A stretch of DNA of 64,000 nucleotides, from the NCBI GenBank assembly GCA_958295685.2, contig OY282365.1, positions 702,975-766,974 of the forward strand, in the 5' to 3' direction. Shown piece after piece: positions 42,701 through 51,937 of this stretch. The first letter of the stretch is position 1; the number at the start of each line of letters is the position of its first letter. A program made the translations under genes and the position numbers. Origin of the DNA: an uncultured Dehalococcoidia bacterium. Its GTDB lineage: Bacteria > Chloroflexota > Dehalococcoidia > Lucifugimonadales > CATQGZ01. The notes beneath the pieces are model-generated. The model was not told the origin of the DNA, did not search any database, and was given only the letters and a program-made list of their open reading frames with translations.

Positions 42701-43969
42701 GTGACGACGCCCAAGTCCAGCCGGGTACCCGTGATCGACGACGTCCGCGGCGTCTTCCGTGGCTGGAAGCTCGTCGGGCTGGCCGCCTTTCTCCTCACCA
42801 TCATGTCCCTGACCGTCTTTCAGGGTCTGGGAACCTTCGTCGTGGCTCTGCAGGAGAAGTTCGGCTGGAGCCGCACCACGATATCAGGGGCCTTTGCGCT
42901 GGCGCGCGCGCAGGGGTCGGTCATAGGCCCGTTCGAGGGGTTCCTGGTCGACCGGGTGGGCATCAGGCGGATGGTGCTCATCGGCTACTCCACGATGGGG
43001 GTCGGCTTCGTCCTGCTGTCCCGGATCGACCACGTGTGGCAGTTCTACGCGGCGTTCACGGTCATAACGGTGGGCTCCGGTCTGGGCGGATGGCTGGCCA
43101 TGATAACGCTGGTCAACAACTGGTTCATCCGCAAGCGGTCCATTGCGATGGCGGCGGCGATGAGCGGGGTCCACCTTGGCGGCGTGCTGGTGCCTGTCCT
43201 CGCCTTCGGGCTCGACTCACAGGGCTTCCGAACTACGACCCTGTTCATCGGGATTCTGATCCTCGTGGTCGTCGTGCCGGCCACGCAGCTGGTCCGCAAC
43301 AAGCCCGAGGACGTGGGTCTGCTTCCCGACGGGGCGCCCAGGCCGCGGCCCGCCGGCGGAAGCTCCCCCGCCGTCGCTCAGGCCGAGCCCGACTTCACGG
43401 TGCGGGAGGCTCTCAGGACGCCCGCCTTCTGGCTGCTGATACTGGTGCAGATCTCGTCGAGCTCCTCCACCGTCTCGCTCTCAACCCATCTGGTGCCCAG
43501 ACTCACCGACTCCGGCATGTCGCTGAGCAGCGCCGGATTGGTCGTGATGACCGCTACCGTGGTGGCCCTGCCCTCCCAGTTCCTGTTCGGCTTCCTGGCC
43601 GACCGCTTCTCCAAGCCGCCCATCATATTCGGGCTGCTGATCGTTCAGGCCAGCTCCATCGTCGTGATAGCGCTGGCCGACGGCGTCGCGGCGGCCTACG
43701 TCTTCGCGGTGATGTACGGAGTGGCGTTCGGCGGCCGGATGCCGTTGACCACGTCCATAAGGGGCGATTACTTCGGCCGCAGGGCCTTTGCGACCATCAC
43801 GGGCCTATCCTACGTGCCCAACAACATCTTCACCATAGTCGCGCCCCTCTTTGCCGGCTACATGTTCGACCAGACGGGATCTTACGTGCTGCCGTTCACC
43901 GTCTTCGCGGCCATGAGCTACACCGGGGCGGTCCTCGTGCTGTTCGTGCGCAGGCCGAAGCAGAAGTGA
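42701..43969 (+). CDS. MFS transporter
   Basis: The 422-aa product has about 12 TM segments. It includes GFLVDRVGIRRMV. Confidence 0.8.
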   Translation: MTTPKSSRVPVIDDVRGVFRGWKLVGLAAFLLTIMSLTVFQGLGTFVVALQEKFGWSRTTISGAFALARAQGSVIGPFEGFLVDRVGIRRMVLIGYSTMGVGFVLLSRIDHVWQFYAAFTVITVGSGLGGWLAMITLVNNWFIRKRSIAMAAAMSGVHLGGVLVPVLAFGLDSQGFRTTTLFIGILILVVVVPATQLVRNKPEDVGLLPDGAPRPRPAGGSSPAVAQAEPDFTVREALRTPAFWLLILVQISSSSSTVSLSTHLVPRLTDSGMSLSSAGLVVMTATVVALPSQFLFGFLADRFSKPPIIFGLLIVQASSIVVIALADGVAAAYVFAVMYGVAFGGRMPLTTSIRGDYFGRRAFATITGLSYVPNNIFTIVAPLFAGYMFDQTGSYVLPFTVFAAMSYTGAVLVLFVRRPKQK

Positions 43970-43982
43970 GTCCTCCGCGCAG

Positions 43983-45503
43983 TCAGTCCCGGCGGTAGTA
44001 CTCCATGCCCAGGTGGGTCAGCTGATCGGCGCCCATCAGCCATCGGAGGGTGTTCTTGAGCTTCGTCTGCTGTATGAACAGGTCGTGCTCCGGGTAGACG
44101 CTCCGGTCGTGCTGCGGACTCTTGAAGTAGAAGGACAGCCACTCCTGTATGCCGCCCAGCCCAGCGCGCTGGGCTAGGTCGAGGAAGAGGGCCAGGTCGA
44201 GCGCGAGTGGGGCGGCGAGGATCGAGTCTGAGCAGAGGAAGTCGATCTTGATCTGCATCCGCTTTCCCAGCCACCCGAATATGTCGATGTTGTCCCACCC
44301 CTCCTTGTTGTCGCCGCGGGGCGGGTAGTAGTTGATCCTTATCTTGTGGTAGGCGTCGGAGTAGAGTTCGGGATAGAGGTCGGGCTGGAGGATGTATTCG
44401 AGCACGCCGAGCTTCGACTCCTCCTTCGTCTTGAAGTTTTCCGGCTCGTCGAGCACCTCGCCGTCACGGTTGCCTAGGATGTTGGTCGAGAACCAACCGT
44501 CCATGCCCAGCATCCTGGCCTTGAGCATCGGGGCGACCACCGTCTTCACGAGCGTCTGGCCCGTCTTGAAGTCCTTGCCGCATATCGGAACGCCCCGGTC
44601 CCTTGCGAGCTTCTCCATTGCAGGCACGTCCACCGTCAGGTTGGGCGCGCCGTTGGCGAAGGGGACGCCTTCCATCAGGGCGGCATAGGCGTAGATCATC
44701 GACGGAGGAATGTTCTCGTCGTTGTCCGTCAGACCGCCGATCAGCCCTTCGAGGTCCTGGTGGACTTCGGACTCGGTAATGAATTTCTCGGTGGACGCGC
44801 ACCAGATCATGACCAGGCGGTCACAGCCGTTGTCGGACTTGAACCGGCGTATGTCCTCGCGCACCGACTCGGCGAGGTCGAGCTTCGTCGGAGCCGTTCT
44901 CGTGTTGACGCCGTCGATCCTCTTCACGTATCCGGCGTCGAAGACGGCCGGCATGGGCCGGATCGACTTGAGGAAGTCGGCTATCGGCTCGACGTAGTCA
45001 TGCCGGTCCAGCACGCCGCACTTCAGCGCGGCTTCATAGGCATTGTCGGGGATCGGGTCCCATGCCCCAAACACCATCTGATCGAGGCCGGCCAGCGGAA
45101 CGAAGTCCTTGATCAGAGGCGTCGCGCCATCGGAGCGCTTGCCCAGTCGGATCGTCGCCATCTGGGTGATCGAGCCCACCGGCTCGCCTGTGCCGCGGCG
45201 CACGTGCTCTACCCCAGCCACGAACGTGGAGGACACCGCGCCCAGGCCGACCAGCAGCACGCCGAGCCTGCCGCCGGCGGGCTCGATGGAAGTCGACCTC
45301 TGGACCACGAAGTCTTCAGGAGACAGCGCGATCCCCTTCTCGGCCGCCAGCTTCATCAGGGGCTCGTGCCACTTGGACGGCACCCTGCCCGTCTTCGCCC
45401 AGTATTGGATCGAGCTCTGCCGTTTGCCAAGCAGCTTCGCCAGCGCGGACTGGCCGCCAAATCGCCGTATGATTCGCTCTGCGGAGGACATGTTGTCATT
45501 CAT
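43983..45503 (-). CDS. ino1: inositol-3-phosphate synthase with an N-terminal Cro/YdaS-like HTH extension
   Basis: Residues from about 80 onward (LGVLLVGLGAVSSTFVAGV…) are MIPS-like. Residues 1-65 (AERIIRRFGGQSALAKLLGKRQSSIQYWAKTGRVPSKWHEPLMKLAAEKGI) resemble YdaS/Cro HTH proteins. Confidence 0.75.
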   Translation of the reverse strand: MNDNMSSAERIIRRFGGQSALAKLLGKRQSSIQYWAKTGRVPSKWHEPLMKLAAEKGIALSPEDFVVQRSTSIEPAGGRLGVLLVGLGAVSSTFVAGVEHVRRGTGEPVGSITQMATIRLGKRSDGATPLIKDFVPLAGLDQMVFGAWDPIPDNAYEAALKCGVLDRHDYVEPIADFLKSIRPMPAVFDAGYVKRIDGVNTRTAPTKLDLAESVREDIRRFKSDNGCDRLVMIWCASTEKFITESEVHQDLEGLIGGLTDNDENIPPSMIYAYAALMEGVPFANGAPNLTVDVPAMEKLARDRGVPICGKDFKTGQTLVKTVVAPMLKARMLGMDGWFSTNILGNRDGEVLDEPENFKTKEESKLGVLEYILQPDLYPELYSDAYHKIRINYYPPRGDNKEGWDNIDIFGWLGKRMQIKIDFLCSDSILAAPLALDLALFLDLAQRAGLGGIQEWLSFYFKSPQHDRSVYPEHDLFIQQTKLKNTLRWLMGADQLTHLGMEYYRRD

Positions 45504-45512
45504 GATGATTCA

Positions 45513-45541
45513 ATCATAACGATATTTTTGTTATGTGTCAA
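45513..45541 (-). promoter_or_regulatory. consensus promoter TTGACA-17 nt-TATGAT, 9 nt upstream of the ino1 ATG (near-leaderless)
   Basis: In reverse complement, 45536-45541 reads TTGACA and 45513-45518 reads TATGAT. No RBS lies between the -10 box and the ATG at 45503. Confidence 0.6.
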
Positions 45542-45576
45542 TGGGTTACGCAGAAATCGGAACCAGACTCCGCCTC

Positions 45577-45830
45577 CAATCCTGATTCAGACAACCCTTG
45601 ACGACCCCGAACCGCTGTGCTAGAGTATCCCCATGACACAGCCGACTCTCTCCACAAACCGCCCGCAGGACTCCCGAACGCCTGCGGTGACCTGTCAGAT
45701 AGTGTCAGATAAGTGTCAGATAAGTGTCAGACGAGTGTCAGAAAGTGTCGGATGAAAAGCAGCCCTCTCAGCTACGACTCAGCTACGGAGAAGCCCCGCA
45801 AAATCTGACACTTTCGCAAAAAATCTCCCC
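45577..45830 (+). repeat. R5: promoter-bearing intergenic repeat element (GTGTCAGA array)
   Basis: The element has CCAATCCTGATTCAGACA (45577-45594), a promoter (45598-45626) and ATGACACAGCC (45633). Six units of 10-11 nt with a TGTCAGA core follow (45691-45754), then a duplicated CTCAGCTACG (45767-45787), an inverted unit TCTGACACTTT (45804-45814) and CGCAAAAAATCTCC. Confidence 0.8.
45598..45626 (+). promoter_or_regulatory. promoter TTGACG-17 nt-TAGAGT inside R5
   Basis: TTGACG lies at 45598-45603 and TAGAGT at 45621-45626. The spacer accccgaaccgctgtgc differs from the R1 spacer at 1 nt. Confidence 0.6.
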
Positions 45831-46059
45831 GAGCGGCCTGAGCGAACACGACGCCGAGGCACCCGGCACGGCGTCCCAGTCAACCAGAAGGGGATTGATC
45901 CCACGTGAGCCTGTCCCAGATTAGTTGGGCGCAGACCAAGCTGACGTAGACGACTGGGGTCCCCCACCCGCCCGCCCATTTGGAAACTGGGGGCAGAAAC
46001 CCCCAGACCCCCTGCCAGAGGGGAGAACGCTGAAATCGGCCGGGCGTTCTGCGAACCCC

Positions 46060-46088
46060 TTGACAAGAACTTGGGTACGTTCTATTAT
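46060..46088 (+). promoter_or_regulatory. consensus promoter TTGACA-17 nt-TATTAT upstream of the small ORF and ftsZ
   Basis: TTGACA lies at 46060-46065 and TATTAT at 46083-46088. It is preceded by the hairpin AGAACGC…GCGTTCT (46024-46050). Confidence 0.6.
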
Positions 46089-46133
46089 TGTTCTATCGGA
46101 CGAGCTCACCCGACGACGAGGGAGGAGGCCGTG

Positions 46134-46403
46134 ATGAACAGCAACACCGGATCAGCCGAAGTAGCCCAGCTGCCGATGCCAGGCATCCCCGACGTGGACG
46201 CGGGAAGCGCGGTAGCGAGTTGCTGCACCGTGGAACCCGGCACAGAGGTGCTGTACATAGGACAGATCGGAGGCGGGCCGCGTTACGGCTCTAGGGGTGT
46301 CGTCAAGACGACACTCCACCGCAAGGCGGTCGTCGACATGGGCCGCATGGGCACTTGGCACGTGCCCTACTACCTCCTGGGCATATCATCGGAAGCCGCA
46401 TAA
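46134..46403 (+). CDS. hypothetical small protein upstream of ftsZ
   Basis: A GGGAGGAGG RBS lies 7 nt before the ATG at 46134. The 89-aa product matches no family I recognise. The longer ORF from 46071 would start upstream of the predicted TSS. Confidence 0.5.
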   Translation: MNSNTGSAEVAQLPMPGIPDVDAGSAVASCCTVEPGTEVLYIGQIGGGPRYGSRGVVKTTLHRKAVVDMGRMGTWHVPYYLLGISSEAA

Positions 46404-46415
46404 AGGAGTGAATGG

Positions 46416-47489
46416 ATGTCAACCACAGAGAGACCACAGGTCAGGATCAAGGTTGTCGGCGTGGGCGGAGCCGGCGGAAACGCCATCGCCCGGATGGTCG
46501 ACGTCAAGCTCAAGGGGGTCGAGTACCTCGCCCTGAACACCGACGCCCAGGCCATACGCCGCGCCCGCAAGGTTCCCGCGATTGTCATAGGCCCGGGCGT
46601 CACCCATGGGATGGGCTCAGGCGGCCACCCGGAGATTGGCCGGAAGGCGGCGCGGGAGAGCCATGACAGCATCTCCGACGCCCTCTCCGGCTCCGACATG
46701 GTGTTCGTCACCGCCGGAATGGGAGGCGGCACCGGCACCGGAGCCGCCTCGACCGTCGCAGACGCGGCCCGGCGCTCCGGCGCCCTCACCGTTGGAATCG
46801 TCACGATGCCCTTCTCGTTCGAGGGCCCGACCAGAAGAACGGTCGCCGAAGAGGGTCTCCGCATGATCGGCAACAAGGTCGACACCCTGATCGTCGTGGA
46901 GAACGACCGGCTCCTGCCCGCCCTGAAAGGCAGGATGAGGCTGGAGAAGGCGTTCCGACTCGCGGACGAGGTGCTCAGGCAGGGAGTCCAGGGCGTCTCC
47001 GACATCATCACGACGCCGGGGCTGATCAACGTCGACTTCGCCGACGTCAAGTCGGTCATGAGCAACGGCGGCCACTCGTTCATGGGAATGGGCGAGGCGA
47101 AAGGACCCAGGGCGGCCCTGGAGGCGGCCCAGTCCGCCCTGTCCAACCCGCTGTTCGACGTCCCAACAGAGGGCGCATCCGGCATACTGCTCAACGTCAG
47201 GGGCGGCAGAGACCTCACCCTGGGCCAGGTGCACGAGGCCGCGAACGTCATCCGCAAGTCAGGGAATCCGAGGGCGAACGTGATGTTCGGCGTCGTTCAG
47301 GAGCGCTGGACTCGCCGCCGCGTCCGCGTCACCCTGGTGGCGACCGGCCTGAGTCGGAATACGGCCCGGGACCACGCCGAGCCTCCCCTTCAGTGGCCCG
47401 ACGCGCTCGAAGACGGAGCCGTCCCTGCAACCCCGGTCAACGGCCGCGCCGCGGGAGCCGCCGCCGGCCTGAGAATGCTCCGAACATGA
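46416..47489 (+). CDS. ftsZ: cell division protein FtsZ
   Basis: The motifs VVGVGGAGGNAI and TAGMGGGTGTGAA are present. Confidence 0.95.
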   Translation: MSTTERPQVRIKVVGVGGAGGNAIARMVDVKLKGVEYLALNTDAQAIRRARKVPAIVIGPGVTHGMGSGGHPEIGRKAARESHDSISDALSGSDMVFVTAGMGGGTGTGAASTVADAARRSGALTVGIVTMPFSFEGPTRRTVAEEGLRMIGNKVDTLIVVENDRLLPALKGRMRLEKAFRLADEVLRQGVQGVSDIITTPGLINVDFADVKSVMSNGGHSFMGMGEAKGPRAALEAAQSALSNPLFDVPTEGASGILLNVRGGRDLTLGQVHEAANVIRKSGNPRANVMFGVVQERWTRRRVRVTLVATGLSRNTARDHAEPPLQWPDALEDGAVPATPVNGRAAGAAAGLRMLRT

Positions 47490-47507
47490 GACCCGCCCGC
47501 CGGGCCG

Positions 47508-48395
47508 TCAGCCGAAGAAGCCGCTCTCGACTCGCCGTCGGATGACCCCGGCCACCAGTTCCGGCCTCTGAACGGGCACGTCGTGAATGCTGTCCTCGAG
47601 CCAGACGGTCTCGCTGATCGGCAGGAGAGCCTCTGCGAGCGATATGGCCTCCGCTTTGTCCAGGCGCAGGGCCGACGCCACCGGCCCATCGCCGTCGGGG
47701 TGGCGCGCGGGCATCAGCAGCACGGGACAGGCCACCCCGGGATAGACCTCCCGTGGCCGGTGACTCCAGAACGCCTCGATTATCCGCATGTGGTTCCGCC
47801 TGCTCAGCCTGGCCCGGACAGCGCCGTCCTCCAGCGCCTCGAAGCAGGCCAGAACTATCGCCTCGATCTCATCGGTCATCTCGGCGCCGAAGGGACGAGA
47901 GCGCACCATTTCGATCAACTCGTCCATCGTCGTGCCCGTGAAGTCCGGAGGAGCCATCACCCGCTTCGCCCGTTCGAGAGTCAGCCCCGGCGAGCCGGAT
48001 ATGTCGAGTGTGCCTCCGTCGACAAGGGCGAGACCGCACACCGTGTCGGGGTGGGCCGCGGCGTACTCCAGGGCTACGTCCGCTCCCCACGAGTGTCCCA
48101 CGAGAATCGGATTTTCGATTCCCATGGCGCGAATGAACCCCCGAAGGTCGCCGCAGACCGTCTCGAAGTCGTAGCCGTCGTCCGGCTTGCCGCTCTCCCC
48201 GTGCCCTCTCTGGTCGAGGGCCAACACGGCGAGGCTCTCGCTGAGCAGCGGCGCCGCCAGGTCCCAGATACGGCAGGTCGACGCGAGCCCGTGCAGCAGC
48301 ACGACGGGCCGACCCGTTCCACCCCAGTCGCGGTATCGCAGGCGGAGCCCATCCACGACAACGTAATCGTCTCTCGGACCGCTGAGGTCGACCAT
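47508..48395 (-). CDS. alpha/beta hydrolase
   Basis: The motifs VVLLHGLASTCRIWD and the nucleophile elbow GHSWGA are present. Confidence 0.85.
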   Translation of the reverse strand: MVDLSGPRDDYVVVDGLRLRYRDWGGTGRPVVLLHGLASTCRIWDLAAPLLSESLAVLALDQRGHGESGKPDDGYDFETVCGDLRGFIRAMGIENPILVGHSWGADVALEYAAAHPDTVCGLALVDGGTLDISGSPGLTLERAKRVMAPPDFTGTTMDELIEMVRSRPFGAEMTDEIEAIVLACFEALEDGAVRARLSRRNHMRIIEAFWSHRPREVYPGVACPVLLMPARHPDGDGPVASALRLDKAEAISLAEALLPISETVWLEDSIHDVPVQRPELVAGVIRRRVESGFFG

Positions 48396-48414
48396 GGTTA
48401 AACCGGCCAGGGAG

Positions 48415-49314
48415 CTATGCCCCGCCGTACGAAGACCCGCCCTGCCCCTTCAGGTACTTCTCGATCTCCTGCACCATGTCTTCCGGCATTGGGATGTCCC
48501 CGGCCGGCGCGTCTTCGGCATCATACCTCTGCTCCAGCTGCCACACGTATGCCATGATCTCGGGCTCCTCTGCAATAGCCTGCGTCAGTTTGGACGTGGC
48601 CTCCTCTCCCGCAGCTCGCAGCCTTTCGAGATCGACGTCGACGTCGATCAGGCTGCGCAGCCGCGTGAGCAGCGAGTGGCTCACGGCCGGATTGGGAGAG
48701 TTGCTGACGTAGTGGGGAGAGTGCCCCCAGATACTGACGTGGTCAAGGCCCTGGCTCTTGCAGGCCGCCATGAAAGCGGTGTGTATGCCGGTCGGCCCCT
48801 CGTATCGGGATTCCCTGACTCCGAGCCACTCCGCCCTGTCCCTCAGCTCGCGGGTGCTGGCCCTGCCCGTGATCCTCGGCTCCCGCGTATGAGGCACCTC
48901 ATCGAGAAGCGCGCCCAGCGAGATCACAGTCCTGACTCCGTGTGCGCGGGCCACGGTGATGAGTGTGCGCGAGAAGGTCTTCCACCGCAGGCTCGGCTCG
49001 GTGCCGCTGTAGATGATCAGCCGCCGCGCCTCGTCCTCAGGGGCATAGTAGTAGAAGTCGTTCGAAGGCCAGATGACGACACGCTCGCCGTCGCTGCCCA
49101 GGCGGGTGTAGGGACGCACCTCGGTGAAGTCGTAGAACTCCTCCGGATCGATCTCCGCGAACTTCGCAGCGGGCAGGTTCTCCACGAGGTATCGGATGGC
49201 GCCCGTGGCGGCCTCGGCCGCGTCAGGCCAGCCGGCAAACGTTACGAGCATCGTCGGAAAGGCCGCGTCGAGCTCTTCGTGAACGACGAGTCCTTCTATA
49301 GGGTCTGATTTCAC
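48415..49314 (-). CDS. PAC2 (proteasome assembly chaperone 2-like) family protein
   Basis: PTMLVTFAGWPDAAEAATGAIRYL and a length of 299 aa support the call. Confidence 0.65.
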   Translation of the reverse strand: MKSDPIEGLVVHEELDAAFPTMLVTFAGWPDAAEAATGAIRYLVENLPAAKFAEIDPEEFYDFTEVRPYTRLGSDGERVVIWPSNDFYYYAPEDEARRLIIYSGTEPSLRWKTFSRTLITVARAHGVRTVISLGALLDEVPHTREPRITGRASTRELRDRAEWLGVRESRYEGPTGIHTAFMAACKSQGLDHVSIWGHSPHYVSNSPNPAVSHSLLTRLRSLIDVDVDLERLRAAGEEATSKLTQAIAEEPEIMAYVWQLEQRYDAEDAPAGDIPMPEDMVQEIEKYLKGQGGSSYGGA

Positions 49315-49385
49315 CGCTGCGCCTCAGCCTCCTTCATGCAGTGAACAGCCTATGGCGGGTATAATGATTCACCCGCGGCCGCAGC

Positions 49386-50531
49386 ATGACTATACGTGAA
49401 AGCACCGTTCTCACAGGACTTGATTATACATCGGTTGCCGTCAATCGGCGCACCGAATGGACGTTCGTCGAAGTGCGCGACGAACAGGGGATCACGGCCG
49501 TGGTCGAGACCACGTGCGGCAGGGACGTTACCGGCGCCCTCTCACGTCTCATGGCGGCCGTGGAGCGCAGGCCGATCGAGGACGAATCCAACCTCGCCGG
49601 CATGGCGGGGGTCGAGCCTGAACAGGCCCGGCAGAGCATGGCGCTCGCCACAGCCGTCAGCGCGCTGCGCAGCGCGCTCGTGGACATCCGGGCGCAACGG
49701 GACGGCGTGTCTCTGACCGAGGCCATGGGCGGTAGGCGCGTGGGCGCCGTTCAGCTATACGCCAACGTCAACAGGCGGCTCCTGGGATTCGACAGGCGTC
49801 CCCGCGCCTTCGCCGCGACGGCCGAGCGCGCCGCCCGCGACGGTTTCGGAACAGTGAAGTGCGCCCCGTTCGACGAGGTTGTCCGAGGCGCAGGCGCAGG
49901 CGCCGACCTCACGGACCTGTCCCGGCCCGGTCTGGAGCGTGTGGCGGCGGTGCGGAAGGCCGTCGGGAACGACGTCGGTCTGTTGGTCGACTGCCACGGC
50001 AGATTCGACCTGCGCTCCGCGCCCTCCGTGGCTGACGAGTTGGCAAAACTCGGGGTCGCATGGTTCGAGGAACCGGTCGAGCCCACGGACGACCCCTCGA
50101 CTCTGGCCGAGATTGCTTCGCGCGTCGGCATTCCCATAGCCGGCGGGGAGAGCGGTTATGGGGCTGATTTCTTCGAGGGTCTGGTCGAGATGGGCGCGGT
50201 CGAGGTCGCAATGCCCGACGTCAAGTGGTGCGGCGGAGTCGCCGAGGCGGTGAGGGCCGCCGCTGGGGTGGCCCGCCTCGGGGGACGCACGTCGCTTCAC
50301 GGCCCGTCGGGACCGGTCGGGGTCCTGTCGGGAGCGCACGTCACGGCCGCCATGCCCTCGGCGATGCCTCTCGAATTCGGGGTCTACGAGGTCCCGTGGA
50401 GGGCGGAGCTCGTCGAGCCCGCGGAGCGTGTCGAGGGCGGTCGTCTATGGCTCCCCGCCGGCCCGGGCCTGGGAGCGCGTCTCAATCCGAAGGTGGTGGA
50501 GCGGTACGGGCACAGGTGGAATGGGCGCTAA
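49386..50531 (+). CDS. enolase superfamily enzyme (mandelate racemase/muconate lactonising enzyme family)
   Basis: The sequence reads KCAPFDEV…LLVDCHGRFD…WFEEP…IAGGES. Confidence 0.8.
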   Translation: MTIRESTVLTGLDYTSVAVNRRTEWTFVEVRDEQGITAVVETTCGRDVTGALSRLMAAVERRPIEDESNLAGMAGVEPEQARQSMALATAVSALRSALVDIRAQRDGVSLTEAMGGRRVGAVQLYANVNRRLLGFDRRPRAFAATAERAARDGFGTVKCAPFDEVVRGAGAGADLTDLSRPGLERVAAVRKAVGNDVGLLVDCHGRFDLRSAPSVADELAKLGVAWFEEPVEPTDDPSTLAEIASRVGIPIAGGESGYGADFFEGLVEMGAVEVAMPDVKWCGGVAEAVRAAAGVARLGGRTSLHGPSGPVGVLSGAHVTAAMPSAMPLEFGVYEVPWRAELVEPAERVEGGRLWLPAGPGLGARLNPKVVERYGHRWNGR

Positions 50532-51079
50532 CCTGCCGCCTGCGCGGCCAACTGCGCCCGGGCCATCGAAAGCGCGGCTATCGTCTTGCAGTCTTCGATC
50601 TCGCCGCTCTCTATCAACCTGCCCGCGTCATCCAGCGGAACCCTTTCGACGCTGATCTCCTCATCATCGTCAGGGTCCATTCTGCTCGGGAAGAGGCTCT
50701 GGGCAAGGAAGGCGTGCATGTACTGGGTGCAGAATCCAGGACTCACCCAGAAGCCTCCCAGGGGGCGGAGGTCTCCGGCGGCATAACCGACCTCCTCCTG
50801 AAGCTCACGCTGGGCGCACTCGAACGGAGACTCGCCGGGCTCCACCAGTCCGGCCGGCGCCTCCAAGAGGCTCTTGCCCACCGCGTACCGGTACTGCCTC
50901 ACGAGGAGGAGGCTGCCGTCCTGGTCGATCGGCACGACGACCACCGAATCACGATGCTCGACGACCTCTCGAACAACCTCCATTCCTCCACGCAGGCCGA
51001 CGGTGTCGACCCGGACACGTATGAGTCCTCCCTCGTAGATCGTGGCCGTGCCGCGCCGCTCCTGGGGGGCCTGGGTCAC
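50528..51079 (-). CDS. NUDIX hydrolase (ADP-ribose pyrophosphatase-like)
   Basis: The Nudix box GLVEPGESPFECAQRELQEEVGY is present. Confidence 0.85.
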   Translation of the reverse strand: MTQAPQERRGTATIYEGGLIRVRVDTVGLRGGMEVVREVVEHRDSVVVVPIDQDGSLLLVRQYRYAVGKSLLEAPAGLVEPGESPFECAQRELQEEVGYAAGDLRPLGGFWVSPGFCTQYMHAFLAQSLFPSRMDPDDDEEISVERVPLDDAGRLIESGEIEDCKTIAALSMARAQLAAQAAG

Positions 51080-51924
51080 GAGTCCACCGAACGCAGTCCC
51101 AGGCGGCGAGTCACTGTCCCATAGAACGCGCTGGCCGGGCTCGCGCGCAGGAACCGCGCAACGTGCGGGCTGCGCTCGACCGTCACCGTCGAGCCTGGGC
51201 CGAGTACCTGCTCGCAGGAACTGTCGACACTGAGGATGCTGGGGCCGTCTCCCGTGCTCAACTCGACTTTGGAGTCGCCGGGCAGGACGACTCCCTGGCG
51301 GAGGCCCGTGTGGGGCGCGACCGGCTGCACGGCGATGAGGCGAGCCTCTGGATACAGGATCGCCCCCCCCGCCGAGAGCGCGTATCCCGTGCTTCCCGTA
51401 GGCGTCGCTGCGATCACCGCGTCGGCGCGGTAGGTCGCGAGCGGAACGCCGTCGACGGCCGTCCCGATGTCCATCAGACGAACGGTGTTCCCTCTGGCGA
51501 CCACCACGTCGTTCAGCGCGTGCAGAGCGCGCCCCTCTCCATCCGGCCCCGGCGCCCGGACCCTGGCCGCCAACATCATGCGCTCCTCGATCCGCTGGTC
51601 CCCATTCAGATAGGAAGGCAGCTTCTCCGCGGCCTCCTCGACGCTCAGCTCCGACATGAATCCGACTCGGCCCATGTTGATCCCAACGATGGGCAGGCCG
51701 AACGCGGCCACCTCTCTGACGGTGTGGAGAATGGTCCCGTCGCCCCCCGCCACAACGATGAGAGATGTATCTTCAAACCTGTCCACACACTCGGGGAGGT
51801 CTTCCGGTGTGCTGATCCAGCAGCTGCCCCGGAGGCCCAGAGAGGGCGCCAGCGATTCGAACAGCAGCTTCGAGTCGCGCAGCCTGGGGTTATAGACGAG
51901 TCCGACCAGTATGGACGAGGGCAT
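51076..51924 (-). CDS. nadK: NAD kinase
   Basis: The sequence reads VVAGGDGTILH…NMGRVGFM…STGYALSAGG. Confidence 0.9.
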   Translation of the reverse strand: MPSSILVGLVYNPRLRDSKLLFESLAPSLGLRGSCWISTPEDLPECVDRFEDTSLIVVAGGDGTILHTVREVAAFGLPIVGINMGRVGFMSELSVEEAAEKLPSYLNGDQRIEERMMLAARVRAPGPDGEGRALHALNDVVVARGNTVRLMDIGTAVDGVPLATYRADAVIAATPTGSTGYALSAGGAILYPEARLIAVQPVAPHTGLRQGVVLPGDSKVELSTGDGPSILSVDSSCEQVLGPGSTVTVERSPHVARFLRASPASAFYGTVTRRLGLRSVDS

Positions 51925-51937
51925 GGAGTTCGCCGGC

